From a virus (taxonomy: Duplodnaviria; Caudoviricetes), in the IMG/VR virus record IMGVR_UViG_3300037453_000856, positions 1,092-65,091 of that record: DNA of 64,000 bases; one strand, 5' to 3'. Shown here in pieces: positions 28,075-36,353 of this stretch. The notes under the pieces were generated by a model. The model did not search any database. It was not told the DNA's origin and was given only the letters and a program-made list of their open reading frames with translations. Position numbers and translations under genes: made by a program. Each line of letters starts with the position of its first letter. The stretch's first letter is position 1.

Positions 28075-31000
28075 TGTCGTCTCTTTATCCCTATCCTTTT
28101 GCTGGGCTCGACCACGAGACCTCTCTCAAGCCTGTTAGCGACAAGGACAGGGAAGAGACCGCTAAGTTTCTTAAGGATGACGTTTGGCCTGTCGTAAAGC
28201 CCGTTTTGCACGGCGGCAAGGTTGCTCTTGACTGGCTTTTATATCCTGCTCAGGTTTTGTGGAATCCCGTTGCTCTTGGCTCTCGCGAGTTTAACCGCCG
28301 CTACCTTTATCCTCTTACCGAATCTGCCGGCTATATTCCTCAAGACATTGAGGATTATTTCTCTTATCGCAACGCCCTTCGTACTGGTGCTTCCAAAGAA
28401 GAAGCTTCCGAGCTTCTTTCTGACGTAAAAAAGCGGCATCTTGACGCTCTTTCGCAGGTCGTTTTCCCTTATGTTGAAGGCCTCAATGATGAAAACGAGC
28501 CTTTTGGTCGTCGCCTTTGGAACCATCTTCAGTTCCCCGGCACCGATAAGGCTGGTAACTTTTCTACGAAAGGTGCTCTTACTGAATTTTTCGCTCCCGG
28601 GCACTTTATTGGCAGCGTTCCTAGCGGCATTGAGGTTGCCCGCCATTTTAACAAGCAGCTCGGTTTGAAAGGCGCTGGCGCCGTTCCCTCCTATGTTTTG
28701 TTTCCCGGGCTCGGTTTTGCCTCCGATTTTGCCATCAATAAGCGTCTTGGCTTTAAGTTCAACGCCCTTACTCCTTCCGGTCGCTCTTCTGCCGTTCCTC
28801 GCACTGCTTCTTCTTCTTGGTATCGCGAGGCTCGTAACGGCCAGCGTGCTCTTCTTCAGCTTGCTGACATTCCTCTTGTCCGCGGCGAAGGTGTTTACAG
28901 GCGCCTTTCCAACCTTGGCAAAGCCATGGATGCTTATCAGGCGTCCCGCGTTCTTAAGTCCAATTCTCCTTACTTTGAAACTGGCCCTGCTACCAGCAAA
29001 AACCTTTCTCGCGATTTTGCGGAAGGGTTTGTTAATCATTATGACTCCCTTGTTGCTCCCAAGATTGATTCTATTCCTCTTGTTACCAAGGTTATGTCTT
29101 ATCCCTACCGTTACGGCAGGGCTCTTGCTGGTATGCCTCCCGCTCGTGTTCGCGAACTTCGCCGTATTTCTGGCGCTTCTTCTGATCCTCTTGACGCGTC
29201 TTTCCTTTCCAAGCTTTTCGAGAATTCTCCTTCCTCTCCTGTTTATCTTCTCCCCACTTCCGACGCCGCTGACGTTATACGCCACGCTCCCATTCCTGTC
29301 CACGTTTCTGAGGTTCCTTATTTGCAGGAGGTCTATTCTGCCTCCTCCGCTCCTTCTACCGCTGAGAAGGTCGTTAGGTCTCTTTATATGCAGTCTTACA
29401 CTCCTAAGGTTGCCGTAAACAACGCCTTTAACGCCGGCCCTCAGTCTGTCAACTCTGGCGCTCGTCTTTATTCTCCCACTTATTGGAAAGCGTTTTTCAA
29501 TTCTCTGTTTAACCGTCGTTCTTCTAGCAGCAAATCTATTTCCGACGCCCGTCGCGCTTTTGTTCAGAACAGCCTTTCCGATATGGTTTCTTTTGGCCCT
29601 GCTGATAAGGGCTTTGGCTATAAGGTCGTCGGCTATGTTCCTCGCACTCTTGCCAAGACTTCTGGCCGCTTTGAGCGTGCCGCCAGGACTGCTTCTTATG
29701 CCGATCTTGTTGAGCAGGGTTGGTCCCCCAGCCGCGCTTATTCTGAGGTTCTTAATTCTTTTGTCGACTATAGCAGCCCCACCATGTCCTCTCGTGTTGT
29801 TGGCCGTATTTTGCCTTTCCCTCAGTTTTATTTCGGCAATACTGCTAACAACATTCGCATGGCTTATTCAAACCCTGCTATGATGGTTTATCCCCGGTAC
29901 CTTGCGCAGAGCCTTAACAATTCTAATGAGGCTTACGTCAAGGACCCCGTTGCTTATGACAATCAATATGGCTTTAACGCCCACATTCCTGGCACCGACG
30001 ACAAAATCAACTTCCGCTCTTACCTCCCACAGTTAAAGAACTCTCCTGGCGATCTTGTTTATTCTGGCGGTCGAATCACCCTCCCTTACGAAAACTTTTT
30101 AAAGGCCATTTATGGCGCTTTTTCTGACGAGGTCCCTCCAAATGATCCTTTGCGTCTTCATGCTCCTGCTCCTGTTCCTTATATTTCCCTTTCCTCCACC
30201 CCCTCCTCCCCCGAAGATCTGAAGCGAAATCAGACGATCGTTGACTTTATTCGCTCCGTTCCTCTTTCTCGCGATCTTTATGATTTTCTTGTTTCTGGCA
30301 ATTCTGATGCTTATAACTTTACTACCGGCAAGAATCAGCCCGATCTCCCGTCTCGCCTCGCTCGTTACTTTTTCTCCGTTTCAGAAGACACTCCTGCCGT
30401 TTCTTATTATTCTCGATATCGTAATCTTGTTAATAACTTGATCGAGAACAATGCTGGCTTCGAGTTTGATCCTTCTGTCTACCGCTTCCGTGACCTCATT
30501 GAAGAGCTTTACGGTCGCTCCCTTTCTCCTTCCAGTTTTACTGAAAAGCTTGTTGAGCCTGGCGATTCTTATCCCGAGCATGAGTACGTTGATAGCAGTT
30601 ATTCTCCTGAGGATTTTGATAGCTATCTTTATCCTTTGTCTCAGGCGCTTGCCCCTTATAAGAATCGCGCTTATATCGACAATTCTGAACTCGGCGAGCT
30701 TTTGCACGCTCTTATTTTCAACCGCAACGCTCGCGTGTACTTTGACACTTCTAAGATCGATCAGTTTGCGTTTTCTTCTTTAGGCGCTTTTGCTTCCGTT
30801 CTTTCTGATCTTGTTTATAATTCTGACTTGCGCGGCGATGACGCCATCGCCTATCTTTCTCCTTTCCTTTTGACTAATCGTCAGTTGGGCAATACAGACG
30901 TCCCCAAAGACGAACTTGATAAAAAGGTTCTCAAATATTGGCCTATTGATGAAACTGACACTCCCGACTATCGCAATCCTTTTTTGTACGACGGTACTTA

Positions 31001-31637
31001 CGAGGATGTCGTTTCTCACATTTCCGATCTTGCTGCCAAGGGTCTTTACGCTATGGAGCATCCCGTTCGCTATTATAGCCCCGATTCTATTGGCGATTCT
31101 CCTTCTTTTCGCGGCAAAATTGACCATATTTTCTTCTCTCCCGACCATAAGCATGCCGCCGGCTTTGACAACAAGTTCGGCTCCTCTTTTGTTCCTCCTG
31201 CCGAGCGTAATGGCCAGGTCGCTTCTTATGCTCTTTCTCTTTTCCAGATGTATCCCGAGCTTGAGGACGTTACTTTTTCCATTATGCAGCCTAGCGCTTC
31301 CGAAGGTTTTTCCCCCTACTCTTTTAACCGCGCTTCCTATACTTTCCATAACGACCCTGACACTATAAAGGAAATTATTAGTCAGATTCAGCTTTCCGAG
31401 CGTCTCGCTCGTCGCCGCGCCGAACTTGAGGATCAAGGTAGAGACTTAACTCGTACCACTCAGGATATCATCAACGACATCAACGAGCTTATGTTTAACA
31501 ATCCCGGTTTGATGCCCTTCTTTATGCTGCTTGACGGCGACGACTCTTTTTACCGGTCTTCCAACCCTCGTTTTGTTAAGCCCTTGTACGATCCTTACGA
31601 AAATCCCGAGCTGTTTTTCCCTAGCAAAAAGAAATGA
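28074..31637 (+). CDS. Largest ejection-type protein with C-terminal PD-(D/E)XK nuclease domain
   Basis: FVDYS...RILPFPQF polyvalent-protein-like region; ELGELLHAL...FRGKIDHIF...FDNKFG...QVASYA nuclease motifs. Confidence 0.7.
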   Translation: MSSLYPYPFAGLDHETSLKPVSDKDREETAKFLKDDVWPVVKPVLHGGKVALDWLLYPAQVLWNPVALGSREFNRRYLYPLTESAGYIPQDIEDYFSYRNALRTGASKEEASELLSDVKKRHLDALSQVVFPYVEGLNDENEPFGRRLWNHLQFPGTDKAGNFSTKGALTEFFAPGHFIGSVPSGIEVARHFNKQLGLKGAGAVPSYVLFPGLGFASDFAINKRLGFKFNALTPSGRSSAVPRTASSSWYREARNGQRALLQLADIPLVRGEGVYRRLSNLGKAMDAYQASRVLKSNSPYFETGPATSKNLSRDFAEGFVNHYDSLVAPKIDSIPLVTKVMSYPYRYGRALAGMPPARVRELRRISGASSDPLDASFLSKLFENSPSSPVYLLPTSDAADVIRHAPIPVHVSEVPYLQEVYSASSAPSTAEKVVRSLYMQSYTPKVAVNNAFNAGPQSVNSGARLYSPTYWKAFFNSLFNRRSSSSKSISDARRAFVQNSLSDMVSFGPADKGFGYKVVGYVPRTLAKTSGRFERAARTASYADLVEQGWSPSRAYSEVLNSFVDYSSPTMSSRVVGRILPFPQFYFGNTANNIRMAYSNPAMMVYPRYLAQSLNNSNEAYVKDPVAYDNQYGFNAHIPGTDDKINFRSYLPQLKNSPGDLVYSGGRITLPYENFLKAIYGAFSDEVPPNDPLRLHAPAPVPYISLSSTPSSPEDLKRNQTIVDFIRSVPLSRDLYDFLVSGNSDAYNFTTGKNQPDLPSRLARYFFSVSEDTPAVSYYSRYRNLVNNLIENNAGFEFDPSVYRFRDLIEELYGRSLSPSSFTEKLVEPGDSYPEHEYVDSSYSPEDFDSYLYPLSQALAPYKNRAYIDNSELGELLHALIFNRNARVYFDTSKIDQFAFSSLGAFASVLSDLVYNSDLRGDDAIAYLSPFLLTNRQLGNTDVPKDELDKKVLKYWPIDETDTPDYRNPFLYDGTYEDVVSHISDLAAKGLYAMEHPVRYYSPDSIGDSPSFRGKIDHIFFSPDHKHAAGFDNKFGSSFVPPAERNGQVASYALSLFQMYPELEDVTFSIMQPSASEGFSPYSFNRASYTFHNDPDTIKEIISQIQLSERLARRRAELEDQGRDLTRTTQDIINDINELMFNNPGLMPFFMLLDGDDSFYRSSNPRFVKPLYDPYENPELFFPSKKK

Positions 31638-31943
31638 GCAGTTTTATGTCATGCTCGGGACGTCACCTTAAACAAGGAATCTTATGGATACTGGGCGGTT
31701 TATCCTCATGCCCGGGAGCCTGCTTTAGGGGAGAAATGTTAGAGATTATGTCAACATCGATATATCTCTTCTTCGTTGACGGCCTTTTCGCGCCTTGCCC
31801 ATGGCATCACCGACGAAGTCGCGGTTTCAATATTTAGGCAGTTTATCGTCTTGCCCGGGACGTTACTCAAGGAGGAATCTAGATACGAATTATACCTGCT
31901 TCGTTATCGGCCTTTTTAATTCTTGCCTAGGAGTGGACGAAGC
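31636..31943 (-). ncRNA. Tandem array of five covarying H-type pseudoknot units (31636-31663, 31693-31718, 31781-31805, 31837-31862, 31909-31934)
   Basis: Identical 4-4-6-1-4-3 spacing with compensatory changes in the variable helix; strand not certain. Confidence 0.8.
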
Positions 31944-31981
31944 CGCCGTAGATAACAACAACATGAAAGAAAGTGTTCATG

Positions 31982-32014
31982 GCAGACTTTGTTTTAAGAC
32001 CCGTCTGCTGGTCT
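31982..32014 (-). ncRNA. Classical H-type pseudoknot overlapping stop codon of last early gene
   Basis: Minus strand AGACC-A-GCAGAC-G-GGUCU-UAAAACAAA-GUCUGC: 5-bp and 6-bp perfect stems, A-rich loop 3. Confidence 0.75.
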
Positions 32015-32312
32015 AAGCTAATTCTATGTTCGACGGATCTGGCACTTCGTCCGCCACTATGATTTCCTTGTTCTCGATGTCTTTTTTCCACTCTTCGAAC
32101 GCCCCTTGAGCGTCGTCCATCGTGTAGAATTTGGTTCTCGGTTCCCAGCGCATCATCGCGCCTTCAAGGCCTTTTTCGAGAATGAAGCAAGGGTTTACTT
32201 CCTTCTTTTGGTCTTCCGGAACTCTGATTGTGACAACCGTCATCGAGTTGTCGAAAACCCAGATTACGTCTCTTCCGTCATATTTTATAATATCACTCAG
32301 CTGTAGTTTCAT
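32013..32312 (-). CDS. Hypothetical protein, last early gene, directly upstream of pseudoknot array
   Basis: 99 aa ORF with SD (GGAG) upstream. Confidence 0.75.
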   Translation of the reverse strand: MKLQLSDIIKYDGRDVIWVFDNSMTVVTIRVPEDQKKEVNPCFILEKGLEGAMMRWEPRTKFYTMDDAQGAFEEWKKDIENKEIIVADEVPDPSNIELA

Positions 32313-32610
32313 AGACGTTGTACTCCTCGAAGACGCTTTTTATCGTCTCCTTCATTGTCTTTTCGAGCCTTTTTGCCAGCTCTTTTGAGACTTTTTCTTT
32401 GTCCTCGCACTCTGCATTTTCTATTGCGATTTTGAGGTCAATTTTAACGCCCGGTAGCTTTTTCTGTTTTTCTTCTTCCTGTTTCTTTTCTTTCAGGTTT
32501 TCCCTTGCTTCTTTCACGACCTCTTCCAGCAGCCTTTCAGCTTCTTCGATGGCCTTGCAGAAGTCTTTGCGAGCCTGTTCCAGCTCTTCGTTTTCGAACA
32601 TTTGATGCAT
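32293..32610 (-). CDS. Lys/Glu-rich coiled-coil protein
   Basis: 105 aa; AAGGA upstream; first gene after promoter at 32676. Confidence 0.7.
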   Translation of the reverse strand: MHQMFENEELEQARKDFCKAIEEAERLLEEVVKEARENLKEKKQEEEKQKKLPGVKIDLKIAIENAECEDKEKVSKELAKRLEKTMKETIKSVFEEYNVYETTAE

Positions 32611-32675
32611 CTTTTTTCCTTTTTGTTTTTTTGTTAGGTTTTAGTTCACATAGCCGTTAGCTAAACGGCATTGTT

Positions 32676-32703
32676 ATTATATCACACTTTCCTTAAAAGT
32701 CAA
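32676..32703 (-). promoter_or_regulatory. Strong sigma70-type promoter
   Basis: TTGACT-16nt-TATAAT with extended -10 TG. Confidence 0.8.
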
Positions 32704-33205
32704 TCGGCCAGACCGATTCTACTGCCTTGTCGTCTATATACAAATCCGCTATCGGTTTGCTCCCCGCTACTCTGTCGAACTCCACTCCTACCGACTTGCA
32801 GAATTCAACCGCCCAATCTACCGCCGGGCCCGTTCTGCTCGTGTGCAGTATCAGTTTTGCTCCCCTTTCTTTCGCCGCTTTTATCTGGTCTATCAGCCAC
32901 GGGTTGATTTCCCAGCCCTCTCCGCAAAGTGTTCCGTCGAAGTCTACCGCTATTGTTTTTGCTTCTCTGCACTTCCTTTCCAATTTGCTTCTCGGTGATC
33001 TTACGGCTTCCCTTTTCAGCTCTTTGTACTCGTCTGGCGTCATTATCACCCTGCCGTTTTTTAGTAGTGTGCAGTACATCCCCGGCTCTTTTTGCCGTTT
33101 TCCTTTTGCTATTTTTAGGCCTATCAGCACTCCCACTAGCGCCACTCCTATGTATGACCCTATTTGTGCCACCAAGCCTACTAAATTATTCATCGTTTCT
33201 ATCAT
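32693..33205 (-). CDS. HAD-superfamily phosphatase with N-terminal membrane anchor
   Basis: IAVDFDGTL motif I, HTSR motif II, KP..DLYIDDKA motifs III/IV; N-terminal TM. Confidence 0.8.
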   Translation of the reverse strand: MIETMNNLVGLVAQIGSYIGVALVGVLIGLKIAKGKRQKEPGMYCTLLKNGRVIMTPDEYKELKREAVRSPRSKLERKCREAKTIAVDFDGTLCGEGWEINPWLIDQIKAAKERGAKLILHTSRTGPAVDWAVEFCKSVGVEFDRVAGSKPIADLYIDDKAVESVWPIDF

Positions 33206-33437
33206 TTTTCTTTTCTCTTGTTGCTATTATTAAGACCCACGGCAGTATCAGCATCGCTATTCCCAGCAATGCTATTGCCAACCAGCCTTCTCCGTCATTC
33301 ATCGTCTTTTATTTCTCCTATGTCGTAACAGTCGTCAGGCGGTTCCGCTAGTTTGTCCATCCACGTTGCGCCCAAGAACAGCATTACCGTTAATGCGAAG
33401 CATATTCCGAATATTGCCCCTATTATTGCTATAGCTA

Positions 33438-33788
33438 TCATAAGCTTTCAAACTTCCTTGTCCTTTTTTCGTGTTCTATTCGCTTCCTTATTTCCTCCCA
33501 CCACATCGGGTGGTCTTCCTCGAAGCGTCTTAGTTCTTCCCAGTTTTTCACTTCGTTTTCTTCTTTGATCAGTTGGTTCATTACTGTCCACATCCTTCCG
33601 TCGCTAAACCTTCTTACCGTAGTGTAGCTGTTCGCTTCTCGTATAACCAGCCCCCATTCCAGTGCTCTTTCCGTTGCTGTTTCCGGTATTTTCATTAGCG
33701 TGTTCGGATTTTTCTGTATCACCCTCCTTATTATTTCCCAAGCTATGAACTTCAAGCCTTGTATTTCTTGTTTATTCTTCGCTTTCAA
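33438..33788 (-). CDS. Hypothetical protein
   Basis: Packed early-operon ORF. Confidence 0.6.
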   Translation of the reverse strand: MKAKNKQEIQGLKFIAWEIIRRVIQKNPNTLMKIPETATERALEWGLVIREANSYTTVRRFSDGRMWTVMNQLIKEENEVKNWEELRRFEEDHPMWWEEIRKRIEHEKRTRKFESL

Positions 33789-34020
33789 ACTTCAGCCACC
33801 CTTGTTTTGGCGCTTGCTGCTTCTTTCCCTTTACGACGTCGTTCCTAAAAGCCTTTAGCTCCCTTATCATCCTTTCGCATCTGCTTATCGATTTTCGAGC
33901 CGTGTCCATATCTTTCTTATAGTGTTTGATATAGCCTTGGTACTCTTTTATTTGTTTGCATATGTCCAAGTAAAGCTTTTGCTTCTCAGGAGTGTCAAGG
34001 CTCTTAGGAACGCACATCAT
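33772..34020 (-). CDS. Small coiled-coil protein
   Basis: Packed early-operon ORF. Confidence 0.6.
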   Translation of the reverse strand: MMCVPKSLDTPEKQKLYLDICKQIKEYQGYIKHYKKDMDTARKSISRCERMIRELKAFRNDVVKGKKQQAPKQGWLKFESEE

Positions 34021-34023
34021 TTC

Positions 34024-34359
34024 TTATTCCTCCTCGTCGGTTGCTAAGTGCTTTTCAAGGTTTTTCGCCTCTGTGTGCATGTACTTAGAAAGCTCTTCGA
34101 GCTTCATAAGCACGCCGTCTTTCAGGTCGTCTTCTTCCAGAACTCTCACTGCCGCCGCCAGGTTTGCAGATGTCAGCATTTCGCTGATTAACCACAGTCT
34201 CAGGCACCCTCTTGTTTTCTTGTATTCAAGTTCTTCTCCGCCTTTTTCTTTGGCTTCTTCAATCTGCCGCATTATTTCCTCGATCATCTCTGCATCTCCC
34301 TTGAGCATTGTCAGAACGATCTTGGCGACTGTTTTCTTTCTTTTGTCTTTTTTAGTCAT
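34024..34359 (-). CDS. Hypothetical helical protein
   Basis: SD GAGG upstream. Confidence 0.65.
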   Translation of the reverse strand: MTKKDKRKKTVAKIVLTMLKGDAEMIEEIMRQIEEAKEKGGEELEYKKTRGCLRLWLISEMLTSANLAAAVRVLEEDDLKDGVLMKLEELSKYMHTEAKNLEKHLATDEEE

Positions 34360-34395
34360 ACTTTTTGTTCCTCGTTGTTAAAGTTGTGTATTTTG

Positions 34396-34998
34396 TCATT
34401 TCCTTGTGTCTGCTTTAGCGTCTGCCGGCGCTTGATCCACATATCCGTCTCCGAATGCGTCTCTTACAACTTCTTCAATCGGTTTGACGTCTTCTTTTTC
34501 TTCGGCCCTTGTTGGCGTTCCTGGCACGCCCATTTTAGGTCTTATGGCATGCCTGTCTGGCACAGCGCCTTTCGTAGTTGTGCTTGCCGTGCATGTCGGC
34601 CCGTTCATGTAATAAGGGCTGTCGTCGTAGTAATGTGTGTAATATTCTCGTTTCCAAGGCCCTTCGTTTAAGTATCTTTTGTATTCCTTTATGAACCACG
34701 TTTCGTTGCTTTTTTCTTCCAGCTCTTTTATTTTCTTTTCAAGTTTGTCGAGCCTTTCTGCCAAGCACGTTCCAAGCTGCCTTATTTGCTTGCAAGTTCC
34801 TATTTTAGCCGCTTCCGAGTTATAAACGTGTATGCTCAGCCTGTTGCCTTTTTCCCACTCGTCTACAAACTTTATCAGTTTGTCCAGCGGCTCTTTCAGC
34901 GCGTCTTTCAGCTCCGCGTCGTCGTCAAACGGCGTTCCTCCGTAAGCGATGTCTTTTATCGTCTTGAAGAGTCTCGAGATTGTTTTTGCTTCGTTCAT
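34396..34998 (-). CDS. Hypothetical protein
   Basis: GGAG SD; ATGA overlap with resolvase. Confidence 0.7.
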   Translation of the reverse strand: MNEAKTISRLFKTIKDIAYGGTPFDDDAELKDALKEPLDKLIKFVDEWEKGNRLSIHVYNSEAAKIGTCKQIRQLGTCLAERLDKLEKKIKELEEKSNETWFIKEYKRYLNEGPWKREYYTHYYDDSPYYMNGPTCTASTTTKGAVPDRHAIRPKMGVPGTPTRAEEKEDVKPIEEVVRDAFGDGYVDQAPADAKADTRK

Positions 34999-35525
34999 TT
35001 TTTTGTCTCCTCCGCGTACATTAAGATTCCCAAGGCGTCCGCGGTCTCTAACGTAACCTTGATCTGTGGGTATTTTGCCTCAACGATCTCTTTGATGCGT
35101 TTTTTGGCTTCCCTTTTGATTCTTTCCTTAACTGAAGGCGTCGCTCCTTTCGGAACCGCCTCTCTCGTCGCGCCTATGGCCTTCTGCCACGTTTTTGGCT
35201 CGACATCGACTCTCGATATCCCATAAGCCAGAAGCAGGGCTTTTAGAGCTCCGTAGTTCTCCGCAAACGTCCATGTCGCCGTCGGCCTCTGCTTTGGCAT
35301 CGAGTGGACCTTCTCCAAGTAGCACACCGGCTGTGGCGGAAGCCCTTCTCCCGGGTTTTCCTTCTTGAATGCTTCCAGCTCTTGTGCTGTTGCCAGACTT
35401 AGATTGAACGAGAACCACTCGTTTATTCCTCCTACCGTGTTAGGCATCTTCCATGCATGAACAATTCCGTTGTTCATTTTCATGGCTATGCCGCCTTTGA
35501 TCCCCGGATCGATTGCTATTATCAT
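34995..35525 (-). CDS. RuvC-like Holliday junction resolvase
   Basis: IIAIDPGIKGGIA, YLEKVHSMP, FAENYG, KTWQK, TADALGI. Confidence 0.85.
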   Translation of the reverse strand: MIIAIDPGIKGGIAMKMNNGIVHAWKMPNTVGGINEWFSFNLSLATAQELEAFKKENPGEGLPPQPVCYLEKVHSMPKQRPTATWTFAENYGALKALLLAYGISRVDVEPKTWQKAIGATREAVPKGATPSVKERIKREAKKRIKEIVEAKYPQIKVTLETADALGILMYAEETKK

Positions 35526-35773
35526 TCCTTTTCCTCTTTGCGCTTTTCGTCGTTGCCTTCTTTCTGCTGTTCCGTTTTCAGAAGCTTTGTTATTTCGATT
35601 TTTAAGGCTATGTCTATTGCCTTGTCAATTAACATGATCATGCTAACGACAAATGCTTTCTTTTCTTCTTCGTCTACACCCTTTGTGTGTTCAAGGAAAA
35701 TTCTCTCGACGTTTTCCCATAAAGCCTTGTTCATTTCTTTTGGTATCATTTTTTTCTCCTTTTCTTTGTGCAA
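35522..35773 (-). CDS. Small hypothetical protein
   Basis: Packed early ORF; true start probably internal. Confidence 0.55.
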   Translation of the reverse strand: MHKEKEKKMIPKEMNKALWENVERIFLEHTKGVDEEEKKAFVVSMIMLIDKAIDIALKIEITKLLKTEQQKEGNDEKRKEEKE

Positions 35774-36042
35774 TCTTCGCAGCCTGCAAGGCTTTCTTCC
35801 AATTCCTCTTCGGTTAAATAGTACTTTTCTGCCGAGTCGCTATCGCCTATCTCTTCGTCGATGCGCTCGATAAAGCACTTGCCTTTGTAGTCAATTTGGA
35901 AAAAAGCTTCGTCTGTCCTTACCGCTTCCGGCTCTCCACTTAAACCGTCTTCGGTATAGATAAAGCGCTTCTTGCCCTTTACTACCTTTTCCATCCATTG
36001 TTCGTAAGTAATCATTTTGTTTCCTCCACTTTTCGCCCGCAA
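35746..36042 (-). CDS. Small SH3/KOW-like family protein (start approx 36015)
   Basis: MITYEQW...KYYLTEEELEE, shares family signature. Confidence 0.55.
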   Translation of the reverse strand: MRAKSGGNKMITYEQWMEKVVKGKKRFIYTEDGLSGEPEAVRTDEAFFQIDYKGKCFIERIDEEIGDSDSAEKYYLTEEELEESLAGCEDCTKKRRKK

Positions 36043-36353
36043 TTCGGGCAGTAGTTAAAATTCATCATGCACTCTATGCTTCGCCCTCCACATGCTGAAC
36101 ATTCGAACATCATGTAGTGATCGTCCATGTTCTCGCATGTTTCTTCTCGCTCTAGCGCCTTTATGGCTTGGTTAATATACGGAACACTATCGGAATAATA
36201 CCCTAAAGGCGATACGCTTTCTAGTGTAATAGTCTGCCTAACTCTTTTTAGATAATCTATCGCTTCTTTGTTGGTCATTCCTCTTTCCCTCTTTCTTCTT
36301 CTCTTTGGTGTTTCCACGCAAGCATTCTTCTTTCGTGTTCTTGCCTGTCCCAT
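36012..36353 (-). CDS. Zn-ribbon protein (start approx 36278), paralogue of 49014-49268
   Basis: MTNKEAI...AIKALEREE...CSAC...YCPNCGRKV. Confidence 0.75.
   Translation of the reverse strand: MGQARTRKKNACVETPKRRRKRERGMTNKEAIDYLKRVRQTITLESVSPLGYYSDSVPYINQAIKALEREETCENMDDHYMMFECSACGGRSIECMMNFNYCPNCGRKVEETK

Noticed and set aside
31623-31640. -1 frameshift at C AAA AAG before the first pseudoknot
   Set aside because: Not a proper X XXY YYZ heptamer, spacer too short, and other copies have no slippery site.
31771-31818. HDV-like/theta ribozyme fold
   Set aside because: P3/L3-like segment present, but P1, P1.1 and the catalytic J4/2 could not be placed consistently; the unit fits the pseudoknot family better.
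31636-31943. CRISPR array interpretation of the repeat region
   Set aside because: Repeats vary in sequence while keeping structure, spacing is irregular (about 56-88 nt), and no cas operon is present; the Cas4-like gene is a typical phage exonuclease.
32652-32670. GCCGTT-AGCTA-AACGGC hairpin as terminator
   Set aside because: No U-tract on the minus strand; it lies just downstream of the promoter and is more likely a 5' leader hairpin.
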